In this document: positions 39,696-54,844 of the stretch, piece after piece
How the letters are laid out: every line of letters begins with the position of its first letter
Position numbering within the stretch: the first letter of the stretch is position 1
Assembly: GCF_009914755.1 (NCBI RefSeq)
Contig: NC_060944.1
DNA length: 64,000 bases
Strand: one strand, 5' to 3'
Source of the DNA: the human T2T-CHM13v2.0 reference genome, Homo sapiens
Notes under the pieces: generated by a model
Database searches by the model: none
What the model saw: only the letters and a program-made list of their open reading frames with translations
Told to the model about the DNA's origin: nothing
Translations under genes and position numbers: made by a program

Positions 39696-41902
39696 CTTGC
39701 AGGGAGAGGCTTCAGCACAGGCCATGACCTCCTGGAAAACAAGAGGTTCCTGACAGCCCCATATCATTCAGAGGGGTCTGTTCTTCCCTAGGAATGAGAT
39801 AAGATTCTATAGCTATTTGCAAATGTTCACTGTTCCTTATGTATATATGCACACAGTAATCTTTTCATTCCGAAATCTTAGGATCTTCTCATACGTTTTT
39901 GCACGGATTCTTACACATTGCTGAGCATCTGTTATGGATAAATATTATCATTCCAGGTGGAAAACTGAAATGAGGAAGTGCATAGGCAGCACTCTTGATC
40001 ACACAGTACCTGAAGGGTGAAGGTGAAGAGTAGCTCAGGCTTCCAGGCCCCACACACACCCTAAAATGTGGAGGAAAATGAAGGAGGTGAGGCTGCACAT
40101 GGAACCCATTCTCCCTTGTCTCAGCCTTCTCTGCACAATATAAGCACATATTTTTATCACTGTACTTCCTAGGCTGCAAATTGATTACCTTTCTGATCCT
40201 GTGAACAGCTAAGGTGCTAACTACACTCTGCTGAGATGGTCTTCATTTGCAAGCTGAAAATCCACATAAATACTTTGATAACATAACCTCCCCCTATGTT
40301 TTTGACTAAAAAATATTCAGCTCCTTAAGGAAGGGTTCTTTGTTGGCTGGTTGACTTATTGGCTGCCTTAGTCACCCAGTTCTCTCAGCTCTCTTCTTTA
40401 TTGTCCAACACAAATCAAACCTAGATGTGTTATTGATGTGGTACTTTGTTTTAATTCTCAATTTCTTTAATGCAGGGGGGAAATATCTTCCAAGCACACA
40501 TTAAAGAAATGTCCTTGTGTTCGATTTGCCCTGGCTGCAGAATTGATTCATGAGTGTCACCTGCTTTCCCTACCCTGAGTCACAGAAATTACTTAAAATA
40601 GATCGTCTGAAGATCAGTTGGGGCCAGATCAGCCACACAGTCATAGCAATCAGTATCCTTGAGTATAAAAATATCACTGTTCACTCCTAAGAGAAGACGG
40701 TGGCCGGCATCTGCACCTGAGGGGGACAGGTGCTTCTCTTCCAACCTAGAGTGCACACCAAATATGCAGAAGGGTTTTATTTGGGGGGTTGGGAGGAGTC
40801 ACCCACATTTTTAAACGCATGCTCCATTTTAAGCCAGATTAGCTCCTGATACTGTGAAAGTCCCCTTCATTGCCAAACACCAGGTAGAAATCTTAATTTT
40901 AAAAGCACAATCAACTTTTCTTCTTCGTTGTTAATTGATGAAACCAGAAAACCTTGGATCCTTCCCGATATGAACCAGAAATTTCCAAATCCATGTCCAA
41001 GCCTGCGAATTGAAAAACAGCTGGCTCTTCTGTCTTTCTATCCTCTTTGTTTTAGCATTTTAATTTTTAGAGAGATGAGAGAAATGGAGCATCTGTCCCC
41101 TGTGATTCTATTACTGGCTCTCCTAACACCATGAAAAATATCAGCTTCTGCATTCTGATAATATTATAGACATCAAATGCCAGTGTAATAATGTATGTAA
41201 TTTTAGGCAGGGTCTTACTTCCAAAGCTTAAACTCAGATGCATAGTCTTAACTGTCTGATTTCTGAACTCACCTGGTAGGTATTCACTTCCATTTTTGTC
41301 AGCACTTCAAATGTAATGTTGAGTGAACTCCACACTATTTTGGAGACCAAGTACTATGATGGTATATTCAGGTCAGGACACCAAAAGTGTTCCTCAAGTT
41401 AGAGATTGCTCTTAGGTTTTGTAATTCATAAAACAAGGAAATATTTGCTCCCTACATAGCTCTAGCTACTAATGTGACAGGTATACATTTTAAAATAAAT
41501 TCAGCTCCACTCTGGTTTGGACTTCTTTATACCGTGGAAGGAATAGGAGAGCTTGGGGGGAGCAGGAATTTTCTAACATGGTTCTATCCATTATACAAAA
41601 GGGTGATTTCCCCCAGCATCTTAAACAGGGTTGCTGCTCAAAATAGATGAAGTATGAAGCCCCAAACAAGTGGTGCTTCTAACTTGCAGCTTCAGCCCAC
41701 GCACAGAGTCACTAGGTGTCCCAAAGGTCCCAGATGACTCTCTGTGCCTGCTGCATCGCGTCCAGATCCCACTTCTCATGGGGAGGGCCGTGGACCTCCT
41801 CCCCAGCCTCTCACTCTTTGCATTTCCAGTTTCATGGGTGTGACTCAGACCCTGAATTCTCTGTCCTCTAAGCCAGCAGGACTCACACTACAATAAACCC
41901 TT

Positions 41903-42010
41903 GAGTCACCTGGGCACCTCGGCAGCATACAGGTTCTGATGCAGCAGGTCTGGAGGGAGGTCTGAGAGTTGCTTTTCTAACCAGCTCCCCGGCGATGCTG
42001 ATACCACTGT
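41903..42010. mobile_element. MER5A fragment
   Basis: ttctgatgcagcaggtctggag...ttttctaaccagctccccggcgatgctgat. Confidence 0.65.
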
Positions 42011-43323
42011 CCCCGTGTCTTTGGGGATAAACAGCAGGAGGCACACACTTAGCTGTGGGGAGATTGTCTGTTCAGTCCTCACAGAAATGACTCCAGTTCT
42101 GCACTCATCAGTCTGAGATGACAGAATGAATATTGTGAGCCACTTTAATTCTTCCTGCAAAACTGTAAATATAGCCAAATTTCTCTCTATGATAATGAAT
42201 TAAACAAATAGCACTCTTAATCAAAATCTACAGATAACCCCAAACAGTGTTTTTGCCATTAGTTTAACCTCCTCCACCTGAATTCTTATCAATATAGCCA
42301 GAATGGGCTGAGAGCCCATTTCCTCCTGCCCCCTTCTCCAGGGGAAAATTAGATGACCAAATGCCAAGAACTGAAAAGGAGTAGAACCTCAGGGCTTCCA
42401 ACTCTGAAAACTAGATTAGGGAGTGGGTGAGCATAAATGAGAAAAAAAAATACATCTTTATTTTCACTAAGCACTTTTATCTAGCATTTGGTCTTATTAT
42501 ACATGAAGCAACAACCATAGCCACATGAGCTGTATCTGTGATGTCGTCTCCGATAGAAATGTGAGCAATTGCGTGCTGGATTACAGTCACCGCAGTTATC
42601 TCAGAGCTCTTCTCATTCATCACTACTTCAGAGTGAATGGCTAACTCTTCTTATAATAAAGAAATTTACTGGCTCTTGTTAATAAGGAAACACATATATT
42701 AATGAATCTCTATTTTTCAATGTTTTGATGACTAGATTTCAATAAATCAGTTTCCTAGTGATTCTATTATTTATTGTATGCCTTTTAACACACTATTCTG
42801 CAAAGGGATCCACAGAGTGTCAGGGGCGCATAGCACAGAAAATGTTTAAGAACCCCAGAGCATCATGTCAAATGTTGAAGAGATGGCAACTGATTGTGTT
42901 CAGCATTGTTGATGCTAATTAATATAATTATTTTAGATCAGGGATCACAGATGCATATTCCTGCAAGGCTCAGCTATATAGAATAAATAAGTGGAGTGGT
43001 TGGGTCTAAGGACAATCCTAGCAGAAAGAGAGTAGTATATGGCATCTGACTCTTGGCCTTAGGAGTTGGGGGCAATGAAGAGGTGGGCGATCCATGCAAG
43101 CAGATGAATGCACATCCCATCTATACAGGGCACCGCTGAGCGGCTCCACAGTGACACAAGTTGCCTGGTCTTCAGATTTTTCCAAGAGAAACCAAAAGTC
43201 TTGATGTTGTGGACATCCCCCCTAAAAAAAAATGCAATGTACACTTTAGCAACTATTTCAACTAACAAGAAACAAAGAAAAAATTCTAATCAGGCCAAAC
43301 AACCAAAATAAAACAGGGGCTCA

Positions 43324-43620
<297 letters not shown>

Positions 43621-43795
43621 TATATAGTGGTTAATATCCAGCATAAGATAAATAGGCAACATAGAACAGGTTCAACTTGCCCTTTGTCCTAAAAATATTT
43701 AGTCCAAAATCACTAAACTTCCAATCTTGTGCTTATCCAAAGAAAGTCAAAATAGTTATTTTAATGAACACCCAAAATCTAATAAGTATGGTTAC

Positions 43796-44010
43796 TAGGT
43801 TTATCAAACAAAAATACAGTATATCACATTAAATTTTAATTTTAGATAAGCAACTATACTATTTTTAGTATACTGTATGTCCCATGTGATATTTGAGATA
43901 TGCTTATCTCAAATATCCAAGATAATTTTTATTTGTATTAAAAAATGACTTGGTGTTTTCTTGAAATTCTGATTTCACTGGGCTTCCTGTATCTTATCTG
44001 GCAACTTTTA
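43796..44010. mobile_element. MER53 palindromic DNA-transposon fossil
   Basis: aaaatacag...ttttttagtata..tatgtccca / ...ctgggcttcctgtatcttatctggcaac; imperfect whole-element palindrome. Confidence 0.72.
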
Positions 44011-44119
44011 TAATAAGCCAACCCCACATTGTGATGGAGTAATTACTATTAAAATTAATGTGTAATGTTAACAACAATAACAGTTAACATTGTAATTGCA
44101 TTTGTGCTTTGTTTGAATA

Positions 44120-44389
44120 GCGTTTTTATTGAAGCACCACATACACTTAGGAAAGTGCACCTGTCCTAATCCAGCTCCATGGCATTTCACAAAGTGGGCA
44201 CACGTGGTAGCCAGCACCCTGATCAAGAGGGAGAACAGTCATGGCCTCTGAGAGCCCCTCATGGCCTCTTTCAGACACTAGCCTTACCTCCAGGGGAACA
44301 CTACTCCTGATTTAAAATGGCATGAATTAGTGGTGCCTGCTTTTGAGTCTTATACAAATGTGATCGGGTTGTACTTTAAAAATTACAAA

Positions 44390-44428
<39 letters not shown>

Positions 44429-44460
44429 ATGCTTTCTCTGAATATTGGATTACTGTGTAA
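44120..44460 (-). mobile_element. L1M 3' fragment containing (TG)16 at 44394-44425
   Basis: tttttattgaag...aaagtgcac...tagccagcaccctgatcaagag...gcctgcttttgagtcttatacaaatg. Confidence 0.65.
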
Positions 44461-44469
44461 ATCCACATT

Positions 44470-44915
44470 TTTGGTTAGACAGTCCTCATGCCCCACCCGT
44501 GGCTTTTCACCCTTACCAGTTCAGTTCCCACTGGCCTGACTGCCAACAGCCAAAACCTGCATTTCTTTGTCTGGGAGCTCCTCTTGGTCACAAAAGCCCA
44601 CATTTTCTGCCCTTGGGGTAGGAGGTGCCAGAGAATTTACACTCCTAGGTGCAGCTCTCAACCAATGACCGATGGAAGTGGGTGGATTAATACCCCAGCT
44701 CCCTCTCCTCTCAGAGGCATGTTCCATCCACATGGTCCCCCAGAGATCCCCACTAGGATGGAGTCCCAGTTGCCCACTGCCATGACTTGGTTATTATCTT
44801 CCTTCCACCGCCTGCCTCACTTCCCCACTCTCCTAACAATTATCCTAGAATCACCTCCCAAGATAAACTATTTGCACTCAAATCTGGGTCTGTTTCTGGG
44901 TGAATCCAAGCTAAT
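44470..44915 (+). mobile_element. LTR16-like ERVL LTR
   Basis: cagccaaaacctgcatttctttgtctg...atcacctcccaagataaactatttgcactcaaatc...aatccaagctaata. Confidence 0.7.
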
Positions 44916-47900
44916 ATATTTGGTTAAATTAAATTACCCTAAATGTCCTACATTTATTCAACAAATTTGTATCAAGTACCTAGTACTGCCAAATGCTGTG
45001 CCGGGTGCTGGCACATCAATGCCTGGCAGTGAATGCAGATATCCTTACACCTGGTACCCAGAGTGGGCGAAGGGAGCCAGGGGCACTGCAGGGAACAGCC
45101 CTGTGGCCTCAAGTCCAGCATTTTCTTCCCTACAGCAGAGCTGACTCCCTGTGAATTCTGATGTGTGGGGGAACACTCTGAACTACCAAATTTTGAAGGC
45201 CTAGCAGGCAATAACTTACACTTAACATGAAAACTGCACATAATTTTGTGGATGATTGAGAAGGCATGTCTGAGTCCTGAGGCATCTCCAGGTCATTATG
45301 AGCATCCGTGGTTATTGTTCAGCAAGATCAATGAAGAGCACTCAAGAGATTATTCTATGTCTGCACTGTCCTGATATGGCCTTGTTTTTATTTAAATCTG
45401 TCTCCACTAGAAGCTTGTTTATTTGTCATTTGTTTTTCTCACACAAAACTAGAACTCAAAATGAGTTTTCTTTAAAAAATTAGATTTAAAATGTGAATTT
45501 ATTTTGTGTTCCTGGTTGGGAAGATTAATAAGCAGCAGTTCACTGTATTTTGCAAAAGCGTGTAATTGTCTTTTTACATAGCCCAATTATTACTGTCCAT
45601 TTTCGATAGTGAACTTCTAGAAAACAGGAGCCATTTGTATTTCAGTGATTTTTCCCGGCATAGAAGTTTTTTAAAAGTGTACTTCATGAGCAGACAGTAG
45701 TACTGAGACTGCCCTGTGGGAGGAAAAACCCACATCAGGCCTGTCTGAACTTCAGCACCACTTGGTGTCCTCAGATGGTTTCAGAGACACCCCAGAGCCC
45801 CATCCTCACTGCAGATCAGGTGGCTGTGTTTCCTGAGATGAGAATTGGCTGTAGAAATTGTGTCAGCTCAAAAGCTTGGAACAAAACTCATGATTTCTCA
45901 AATCCCTTTTCCATGAAATTTGTGTGAAATAACAACATTTCTCACAGACACTAACAGTTTTATGTTTTATGTTGTGTAACTATTATGTTGTTTTGTTTGC
46001 TTCAACAGTTTTTTTTTTTAAAGCAAATACTCACAAATCGAGAATATTTGTGCCTTTTTAAATGTGCCGGTAATGTCAGGTTATATTGTTCATCAAGAAA
46101 AGTTATCATAAATATTATATAATATTACAGATACGCAATCTATCTTCATATATACTATATGTATATTATCATATATAAAAATAGCTGTATATAGATTCAC
46201 AATGCATATCTGTACACAGAAAATATATGGTTTTATCATAAACAATTACTTTTACCTCCTAGAGGGAGCCAGAATTCCAGAAGAGAATGTGTTGTTTTAA
46301 AAGTGTGAATTATTTTTTGCATTATGCCACTCTGAAACTAAATGAAATTATAAGAAGGAAACTGAAGCTGCATATTCAATAGAGAATGTGTGAATGCATT
46401 CCATAAATAGAAAAAGAAATATCAAGATGAAATTCCAGCTGGGTGGGATTCCTAAAGCTATAGGGGGAAAATAGAGTCTCTGGCTGAATCTGTGGAGGAG
46501 TGGATGGGCTTCTGTAATCTGCACCATCTATGTTATTGACCAGTGAGGTCAAGGACAGAATTACTCACTGTTGGTTTTCTACTGGGATCTCTAATCTGGT
46601 CTCTTAGCCAGAGTGATTTGACTTTCTTCCCTGCAATCATTTTGCAAAGGGCTACAGAAGGTGACCTGTCTTCTCATCAACCTACTGTGGCTTGGGGGAC
46701 ACCTGCCAACAGATGCAAAGAGCCTCCCATTTGATGCAGAGATGCTAACACGCCCCCTCTGCCAGGAAATGTGTTCAGGGCTGAGTCACATGGTTTCCGG
46801 TCTTCATCTAGAGATAAGTGATCCTTCACTGAGAGGCAAAGGGAACCACATGGAGCCCAGAAGACGAGGGTATTCATGTTTGTGAAACAGTGAAACATTC
46901 AACCACCAATGAGCTGTAGTGGTGTTTTATTTTTGTAAATTGAACTGGCCAAATGGACAGGTAGTTTCAGTGTTTATTTAACTGATTCTCTCCCTCCTAG
47001 AATATATCCATATCTAGAATATATCCCTTCCATATCTACATTCCTATCTATAGTTTTTATAGTAACTCTTTTTTTGCTTTGATCACTTACCTCGATTCTC
47101 TTGAAAGCAGTTAATTTTAAAATGTAGCTGTGGTCACTGTTTTTTGTTTTTTTTGTTTGTTTGTTTTTGTCTCTCAGCCTTCAACTATTCTCTTTTTTGG
47201 CTACAATTTCTATTATACCTGTTCTAATGGCTACAGTAGTGAGGGAGAAAGGAAAATCCCCATGGGAGGCAGTCGCAAGTGGGTGCCTGTTTTTCACCTT
47301 TGCCTGTAGTGAAGCATTGTAGTATAGTGTCTGGGAACAGGGACCCAAGGCCCAGGCTTCCTGGATTCAAATCCCAAACTCTTTCCCACTGCTGGTATTA
47401 CCAACCTGGCTTAGTACTCAACTTCATCAAGATCAAGTTTCTGGGAAATGAGGGTAAGCCAAATGGTATTGGGCCTCTGCAAGGATACAGAACCCTTCTA
47501 AACCCTCTTCTTTGCAGGAAGGGTCAGATAAATATTGCTTTTGTGGTGAATGGTGGTGTCAGAAAGGTAAATCAGAGGTGGGCATGAGTTCACGATCACA
47601 GATCTCACTGTAAGTACCATAGAATTGTGAATTATTTGGGTGTATGCCTTTCTAAATTCCTTCTAGAGTGTGGAAAGAATTCTTTGGTTTGATGCCTTCT
47701 TACCTGTGCTCCAGTTTGTCACCTCTATGCAAAAAAAAAATGATTTTGCTAAGGGTAGGCTCTGAATATGCGGCTGAAATTTGATTACAATCCAGACATT
47801 GAAAACTATTCTATTTATAAAGAAGAGAAAGGATATCACTATCCACCCACATTTGACATCTAGACCTAGTGCAAGATGCATTTCTTGCAGAAGTAAAACT

Positions 47901-48928
47901 AAGTGGATAATTTGTGATATATTTTCCTATTTTTATTAAAGTTATATGGGCACAGAGCTTAAAGACGCAACCCACTCTAGAAAGCTTATTATGGAAAATA
48001 GCCATCTTCCAGTCCCACCATCACCATTTCCCCACTCTTCTAAGGCAACTGCTTTCCATTAGTTTGCCTGTTCCTGATATTTGCTCAACATCTCTAAATA
48101 ACCTGCTTAGATGACAGCTACTTGATTTTTTCGGTTACCGGCATTCTCCATTGAATTCACAGTATAGAAGAGGAGGGTTTACGTCTCTTTTAGCCCCAAC
48201 TTCTCACTACCCAGCCCCCATCTTCCCCTAAAGAATTATAAGTTTGGTTAGACAATATTCTGCTTAGTTTATTATTACTATACAACCACTCTTCATAGTT
48301 GAGCCATTAATACACAATGGTTCATCTTCTTTGGAGCACAGTTCTGTGTTTACCTTGTGGCTTATAATTGTCTTTTTTATTGTTTGCTTGCTTAGTTTTC
48401 TATGTTCTATTCTTAGAGCTCTCCAATCTTCTTTCTGTACGTTCAAAATTATCAACTGTTTCATCAATTTTGTCCTTCTGGCAACATTTTTTCTGTAGTC
48501 TTCTGAGTCACTCCAGTCTGGCTAGGTTGTTCTCTAAGCCTGCTGTAAAAGTTTCATTTTGGAATTTCCTTTTATCATCCTTCTAAATTCTCCCTTCACT
48601 GTCATTCTAGAAATCCCCTTTAATTATCATCATAGATTCTGGTTGCTTGGTATTATGTTTTATTGTAACATAATTATATGTAACAAGTGCTTTACTCCCT
48701 TATTTTGGTGGAGTACATTCTCCAGTAGCTTTTTCAGAAAGGACACATAGGAGGCAAATTTTTTGAGACAACTAAAATTTTATTTTTATTCTTTTCTCAT
48801 TTTTAATTAATAATTTGATTGGGCATAGAATTTCAATTGTTTTCCTTTCTAATTTTGAAGGCATGACTCCATTTTTTGCTAGCTTTCCATGTCTTTGTTG
48901 ATTACAAAATGTCATTCTGGTTTTTATT

Positions 48929-48929
<1 letters not shown>

Positions 48930-48963
<34 letters not shown>

Positions 48964-48976
48964 TATATATATATAT
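48930..48976. repeat. (TA)n/(CA)n microsatellite
   Basis: Direct observation. Confidence 0.9.
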
Positions 48977-49135
48977 CTGCTTTCCTCTCCTCTGTCTGGT
49001 AATTTCTAGGGTCTGTTCTTTGTTCCAGTGTTCTGAAGATTTATGATTATCTGCTTTGATGTATGTCTTGTTTTGTTTATTGTGCACTCAATGAAATAAA
49101 CTCAGAGGACCCTTTTGCTATGAAAATGCATGTCC

Positions 49136-49475
<340 letters not shown>

Positions 49476-51189
49476 TTATTTCATCATTTCCTCCCTCTGT
49501 GTTCTCTGTTTTCTGGAACTTCAATTCTTCAAATGCTGGATCTCTTATTTTCTATTAAGGTAAAGAATGAGCATTAACTGGGCTGTATGAAGTAAGGAAG
49601 GAGGCTTGGAGATTAAATTCTTAAACAGTCTTTTGATTGTTCTGTTTTCAGGCCTATCTTTATTCTAACTTTTAGAACATTCCCAATTATTCTTCTGCTT
49701 TCCAGCTTCAAAAATTTTGTTGTTCTTATCAGCTCTTCTATTCCTTTTGCATTGTGGGTTTATGTCCTGATCGAAAAAACCCTTTAGTATTATCTTGTTA
49801 CGGTATAACAAGAACGGTAATGGTATGTACTCAATCTGTCGTCGTTAACTAAAAGTCCAAGTAATGTGTTAAAGAAATTCAAAATTGATATTTGCCACGT
49901 TTTAAGCCCATTTGTCTGATTATAATAAAGTGAATAAATACAACCTTTTATGACCTGCTGGAAAATGAACAATTTAGTCCAATTTAATCTATTGCATAAA
50001 TGGTGAGTGATGACCACAGATTCTAAGAGTTTACAGTACTGAGAGAGAATGAAAAAAGGGTAAAGAATACTTTATATTTATTCTAACATGATTTTTCTGA
50101 TGTGAATTCTCTTCTTGACAACCCTGTCATGTGTGACTTAGAAATGCAAATGCTTCACCTAATAAGGCAAAATTAGCAACAGGAAATAACTAAGTGTTCA
50201 TATAGGAAGTGGGGAATGCGTTAATGGAAAGAGACTGGCCTTGTTATTCATTTATGGTCCTATTTAAGTCATGCCTTTCATGTTATTTGCATCCAGAAAA
50301 CCTCTAGTTTGACTTGGTCTGATCTTTATAGACTTGCACAGCAGTCGGGGAGGGTAGAGGCTCAGGGATTGCATGTCCCTGGGGTCCCTTTTTCCCACTG
50401 TGTTTGGTGTAGCATGTGCCTGTCATTGCCACGGCTGAGAGTGTTGACTTGTGCTGTGTCTTTTTTCACTTACTACGCCAAGGGCAAAGGTAGCCAGGCA
50501 AACATCCTGTGGCCATGGGGTAGTCGATACTCCTCTAGGGAAGGGAAAGGGACTTGCCAGTGACAACCCTTGGAACAAGGTGTGTGGACTCTCCCAGACT
50601 TATTTGTAAGGTCTGCCAAAGTGGACCTACACTGTAAACAGATAAAAATACTAAATATCCCTTAATAAGAGACTTAGAAGAACTTTCCTGGGAGAAATGA
50701 TTCTTTCTCCAGAACAGAAGCCTCAACCTGACACCCACAGCTCTTTCCCCTCTCCTCAAACTCTCCCGACCACCTCCAGCCCTGGCTCCTCTGCCCTTCT
50801 TTGCACCTAGCAGCCCCCTCCTCTTGCAGGGAAAGGCTGCTTTAGCCTCCAGCAATGTGCCTATCAGCTTCGTGTCAGCAGAGCCAGCATCTCTTTAAAA
50901 AGGGCTATCTCCAAATGCCAAGAACATTTTCCCCTGGATCAGTATGCAAATCAATCTTTCAAAGATTCTGATTAAACCGAGGTCAAATGCCAGCAAGGCC
51001 AGGCATATAATAGAGATGAGGGAAGAAGGTCTGGCAGAGACAGGCTTGTCCACACCCCTTCTGAAGGGCGGCAGCAGCCCAGCACATGTTGCTCACTCCA
51101 CGGGGCAAGACAGGCTGTAGCAGACGCTAGACTCATGGCAAAGGCACAGGTTAGGATTGCTCCTCCTATCCCCTTGATATTAGGGATGT

Positions 51190-51475
51190 CAAGGCAGGCC
51201 CGTTCCTGGGGGGATGTGAGACTCCTCTGATAGGCAACTTTGCATTGAGGGTTCCCTGGGCCTCACTGAACCTTCCTCAGACTGCGTGCCAGCTAGGACA
51301 GTGCACCCAACCATCCCTGTCTCCACGGGGGTCAGACCCGCATCACAGTTGGACAGGCTGCATGCCCAGCTCCCCCGATGCCCCATTTTCTATCACCAGT
51401 TGTTTCCCGCTAACAAAATTGTTGCAGGTTTAATTGTATCTTCATGTCTGCCTCTCAGAAGATCCAGACTAATAT
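51190..51475 (+). mobile_element. ERVL-class LTR fragment
   Basis: 3' end gtctgcctctcagaagatccagactaata resembles ERVL/MaLR LTR termini. Confidence 0.45.
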
Positions 51476-51623
51476 GCCTAAATACTTGAATAAATTCCGA
51501 TTGATTGGCAGATTGGGTGCAGGACAGGAGGCCTAGACAGGAAGCTGGCTAAACCTGCAAGAGTCCCGCCATCTCATTTGTACAGTCTATATCCTGTTTG
51601 ACTTTGTTTCCCTTGTCCTGCAG

Positions 51624-51698
51624 GTTGTGGCTCTTTCCTCCTGGTGCCTACTGAGGGATTCTATCTACTACACGCTGTCTGTGATCGCGCTCATCGTG
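51624..51698 (+). CDS. SLC24A3: SLC24A3 (NCKX3) internal coding exon, 75 nt, phase 0/0 (probably exon 7)
   Basis: Pyrimidine tract plus CAG acceptor (51621-51623) and GTGAGT donor (51699). Translates VVALSSWCLLRDSIYYTLSVIALIV, the NCKX 'RD..YY' transmembrane segment; matches NCKX3 rather than NCKX4 as I recall them. Exon number is from memory. Confidence 0.96.
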
Positions 51699-52203
51699 GT
51701 GAGTCACTCTGGCCATTTCAGCTCCCATCAGTGCTCTTTTAAGCACCAGGGGTGGTGTGAGGCTCCTCCACATGGAGTTCACTCGAGGTCACCGGTGGCG
51801 AGTGCGAGATGCATGTCTTTGCTTGGAGGCAGATTTATTTCTTTCAGCTACTTTGATCACCCAGAACTCCAGCCTGACCAATTGCTGGTCAGAGCCGGCA
51901 TTTAGACTTGGGTTATCTGGGTCTATGAGAGTCCATGGCTGTTCTCCTGAGACCCTCGTGAGCATGGCTCTTCTGTCGCTTCATTGGCGTCCCTAGCTTT
52001 GGACATCACTTCTCCCCCTTCTCACTCTGTATGCTCTGCCAGGACTCCCTGCCCTCCCACAGAGCCCATTACCGTGGCCACCTTTGTGCCAACACCCACA
52101 CATGTCACTTAGCAGTGACACCTCCCTGAGGTCCAGTGGTGGATAAAGAACTCTCTACTAGACATCTCCATGCCCCAACTCAACATGTCCCTAAATAGAA
52201 TCC

Positions 52204-52508
<305 letters not shown>

Positions 52509-53037
52509 CCTAAATAGACTTTTGATGTTTTCCCCAGGACTTGCCTTTCTATATATTTCAGTCCTCGTTCCTATCGTAGCCACAGACTGGGAATGAGATT
52601 AAACTGACCTTTCCCTCAACTCCCAGCATACCCATTTGGCTTAATTGTACCGTGAATTTCAGGTTACCACAATCTGTCCACTGCATTCCTCCAGAGCCCA
52701 CTTCAGCTGAGGCTCTCTGCATTGCCGGCCTGACGCAGCAGCTGCTGCAGTTCATTGCGGGTCAGTGTTTCCATGCAGTGCATCTCCACCACTTACTCCC
52801 CGCTTCTCTCCACCCCAGCCAGTCCTCACGGCCATCCAAGTGGTGTCTCCATAAAGAACACCTGCAAATGCTTCTATCCCTTGTTCAACTGCTCAGTGGC
52901 TCTGTGTCATTTGTGGGGAAAAACTCATACTCTTTAGTGTGGCAAGCTGGGCTGTCCAAAAAAAAAGGGTGAAAAATTGGGAAGAACATTGAAATAGGAG
53001 TCGGGAGATCTGACTCCTAGTTCTGCTTGCCCCTTTA

Positions 53038-53523
53038 CCATCATGGTTAATTTTATGTGTCAACTCGACTGGGCTAAGGTGTGCCCAGAGGGCTGGTGAA
53101 AGTATTTCTGGCTGTCTGTGAGAGTGCTTTTCAGAGGAGATCAGCGTTTGAATCCTAGAAGATCACCCTCCCCACGGTGAATGAGCATGATTCAATTCAC
53201 TGAAGGCCCGAATAGAACAAAAAGGCAGAAGGGTGAATTTTCCCTTTCTGTTTGAGCTGGGCTATGAATCTTCTCCTGTCCTCAGACATCAGTGCTCCAG
53301 GTTCTTGGGCCTTTGGATTCAAATTGGGACCTACAGCATTGGCTTCCCTGGTTCTCAGGCCTTCGGGCTTAAACTTGCACCACACCACAGGCTTTGTAGA
53401 TGGAAGGTCGTGAGACATCTCAGCCTCCATTGTACTGTGAGCCAATCCCTCACAGCAAATCTTCATTTTATATATATATATCTTTTGTTGGTTCAGTGTC
53501 TCTTAAGAGCCCTAACTAATACA
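53038..53523 (+). mobile_element. MLT2 (ERVL) solo LTR inserted in a MIR
   Basis: atggttaattttatgtgtcaactcgactgggctaagg...ccctaactaataca; MIR-like halves on both sides. Confidence 0.85.
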
Positions 53524-54844
53524 GCCCTCACTGGCTCTCATGACCTGGGAGAAATCAATCTCTCTAGGTTTCAGTTTTCTTACCTACACAATAGGAATAG
53601 ATCAACTAAAGGGTCTACTCACCTGTTTGACAAAGCTCCTACCAGTAGATTATTTTATTGTAAGTCTTTATACAAATAAAATGAACATGAGGGTTGACGT
53701 GAGATTTTCCCTGCGGAACCAGACAGGTACTTCAGTGACCAGCAGTTTCTGACACTGAAAATCTTGAGTTTACAAACCATCACAAGGTTTGCCAGCAAGT
53801 CAATATTCCTTTAAAATGTGCTTTCAATTTTGTCCTCCAGTGTCCCCAGATTAAAACAGGAAGGGAACTGGACCTACCATGCTCCCCTAATTCCAGGGTC
53901 CCTTTATCATTGGGAGGGTTAGAACCCACCCCACAGAGCAGAGAGGTTCAGAATGTCATGCTGGAACTGAAGACATGCTTCTGTTAGGAGATTTAAGGAC
54001 ATACATGAACTATGTTCTTATTCTGTTATTACCTGTGAAAAGGGTATGATCACCTGGAACCCAAGGACTCTTCCCAGGCTTCTCTAATACCCCTTCCAGC
54101 AAGCTTCATCCTTCTATGCACAAACCCACACTGACTGTGTGCACTCTGCTCTTCTGCCATTACAGGATGTTGGGATGATTTTTGAAAAAAATTTTTTTTC
54201 AAAAGACATGGTTAGGGAACAGTGTCAATGAACACAGCCCTCTACTTTGCTGAATTCCAGAAGGAGATGACTGTGCTCATGAAGACAAGGTGGTGGAACA
54301 GAATGGAGCAGATTTGGATCTCCTGGGAGCACAGACTTAACCACACACTCCCAACAGCAGTTCTGCTGGTGTTGGCTTCTTTCCCTGTTTTCCGCATAGA
54401 CACTAACTGGACTATGTGTGAAATCACTTGTCTTCTGTTCAGTGTATCTGGATATATCAAAGATAAAATGAATGTAATTGTTGTTAATGACGTGTGAATA
54501 AGTAAAGAGGTTTTGCTTCTTTGGGCTTTGAGTAACTCCCTCACCCGAGCCTGGTCTTTGGGCAAAGCAATCATCTGCCCTCAGGGTGCAGCATATAAAC
54601 CCCAGAGCTGAGCTAGCTGAACACGCAGGCTGCCAGGGCAACTCCATATTTCATTCAGACAGCAACAAACCACATAAGCAAATGATTCTTTGCTGTTACC
54701 TGAAGATGTGGACTGTGTATTTACAGACCAGTTGTCAAGGCTAGAGTTTTGTGATTTGAGAAAAATTACATCTCTCCACTGTTAAGAAGAAATAGAAAAG
54801 ATAAAGTTTGAGTCCTCAAGGTTAGGTCTTGGTTCTTTTTACTT

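Noticed and set aside
44488-45144. 218-aa ORF
   Set aside because: Spans an LTR16-like element and L2-like sequence; no recognisable domain.
51627-51905. 92-aa ORF MALSSWCLLRD...
   Set aside because: Only the part up to 51698 is exon; the rest is read-through past the GTGAGT donor.
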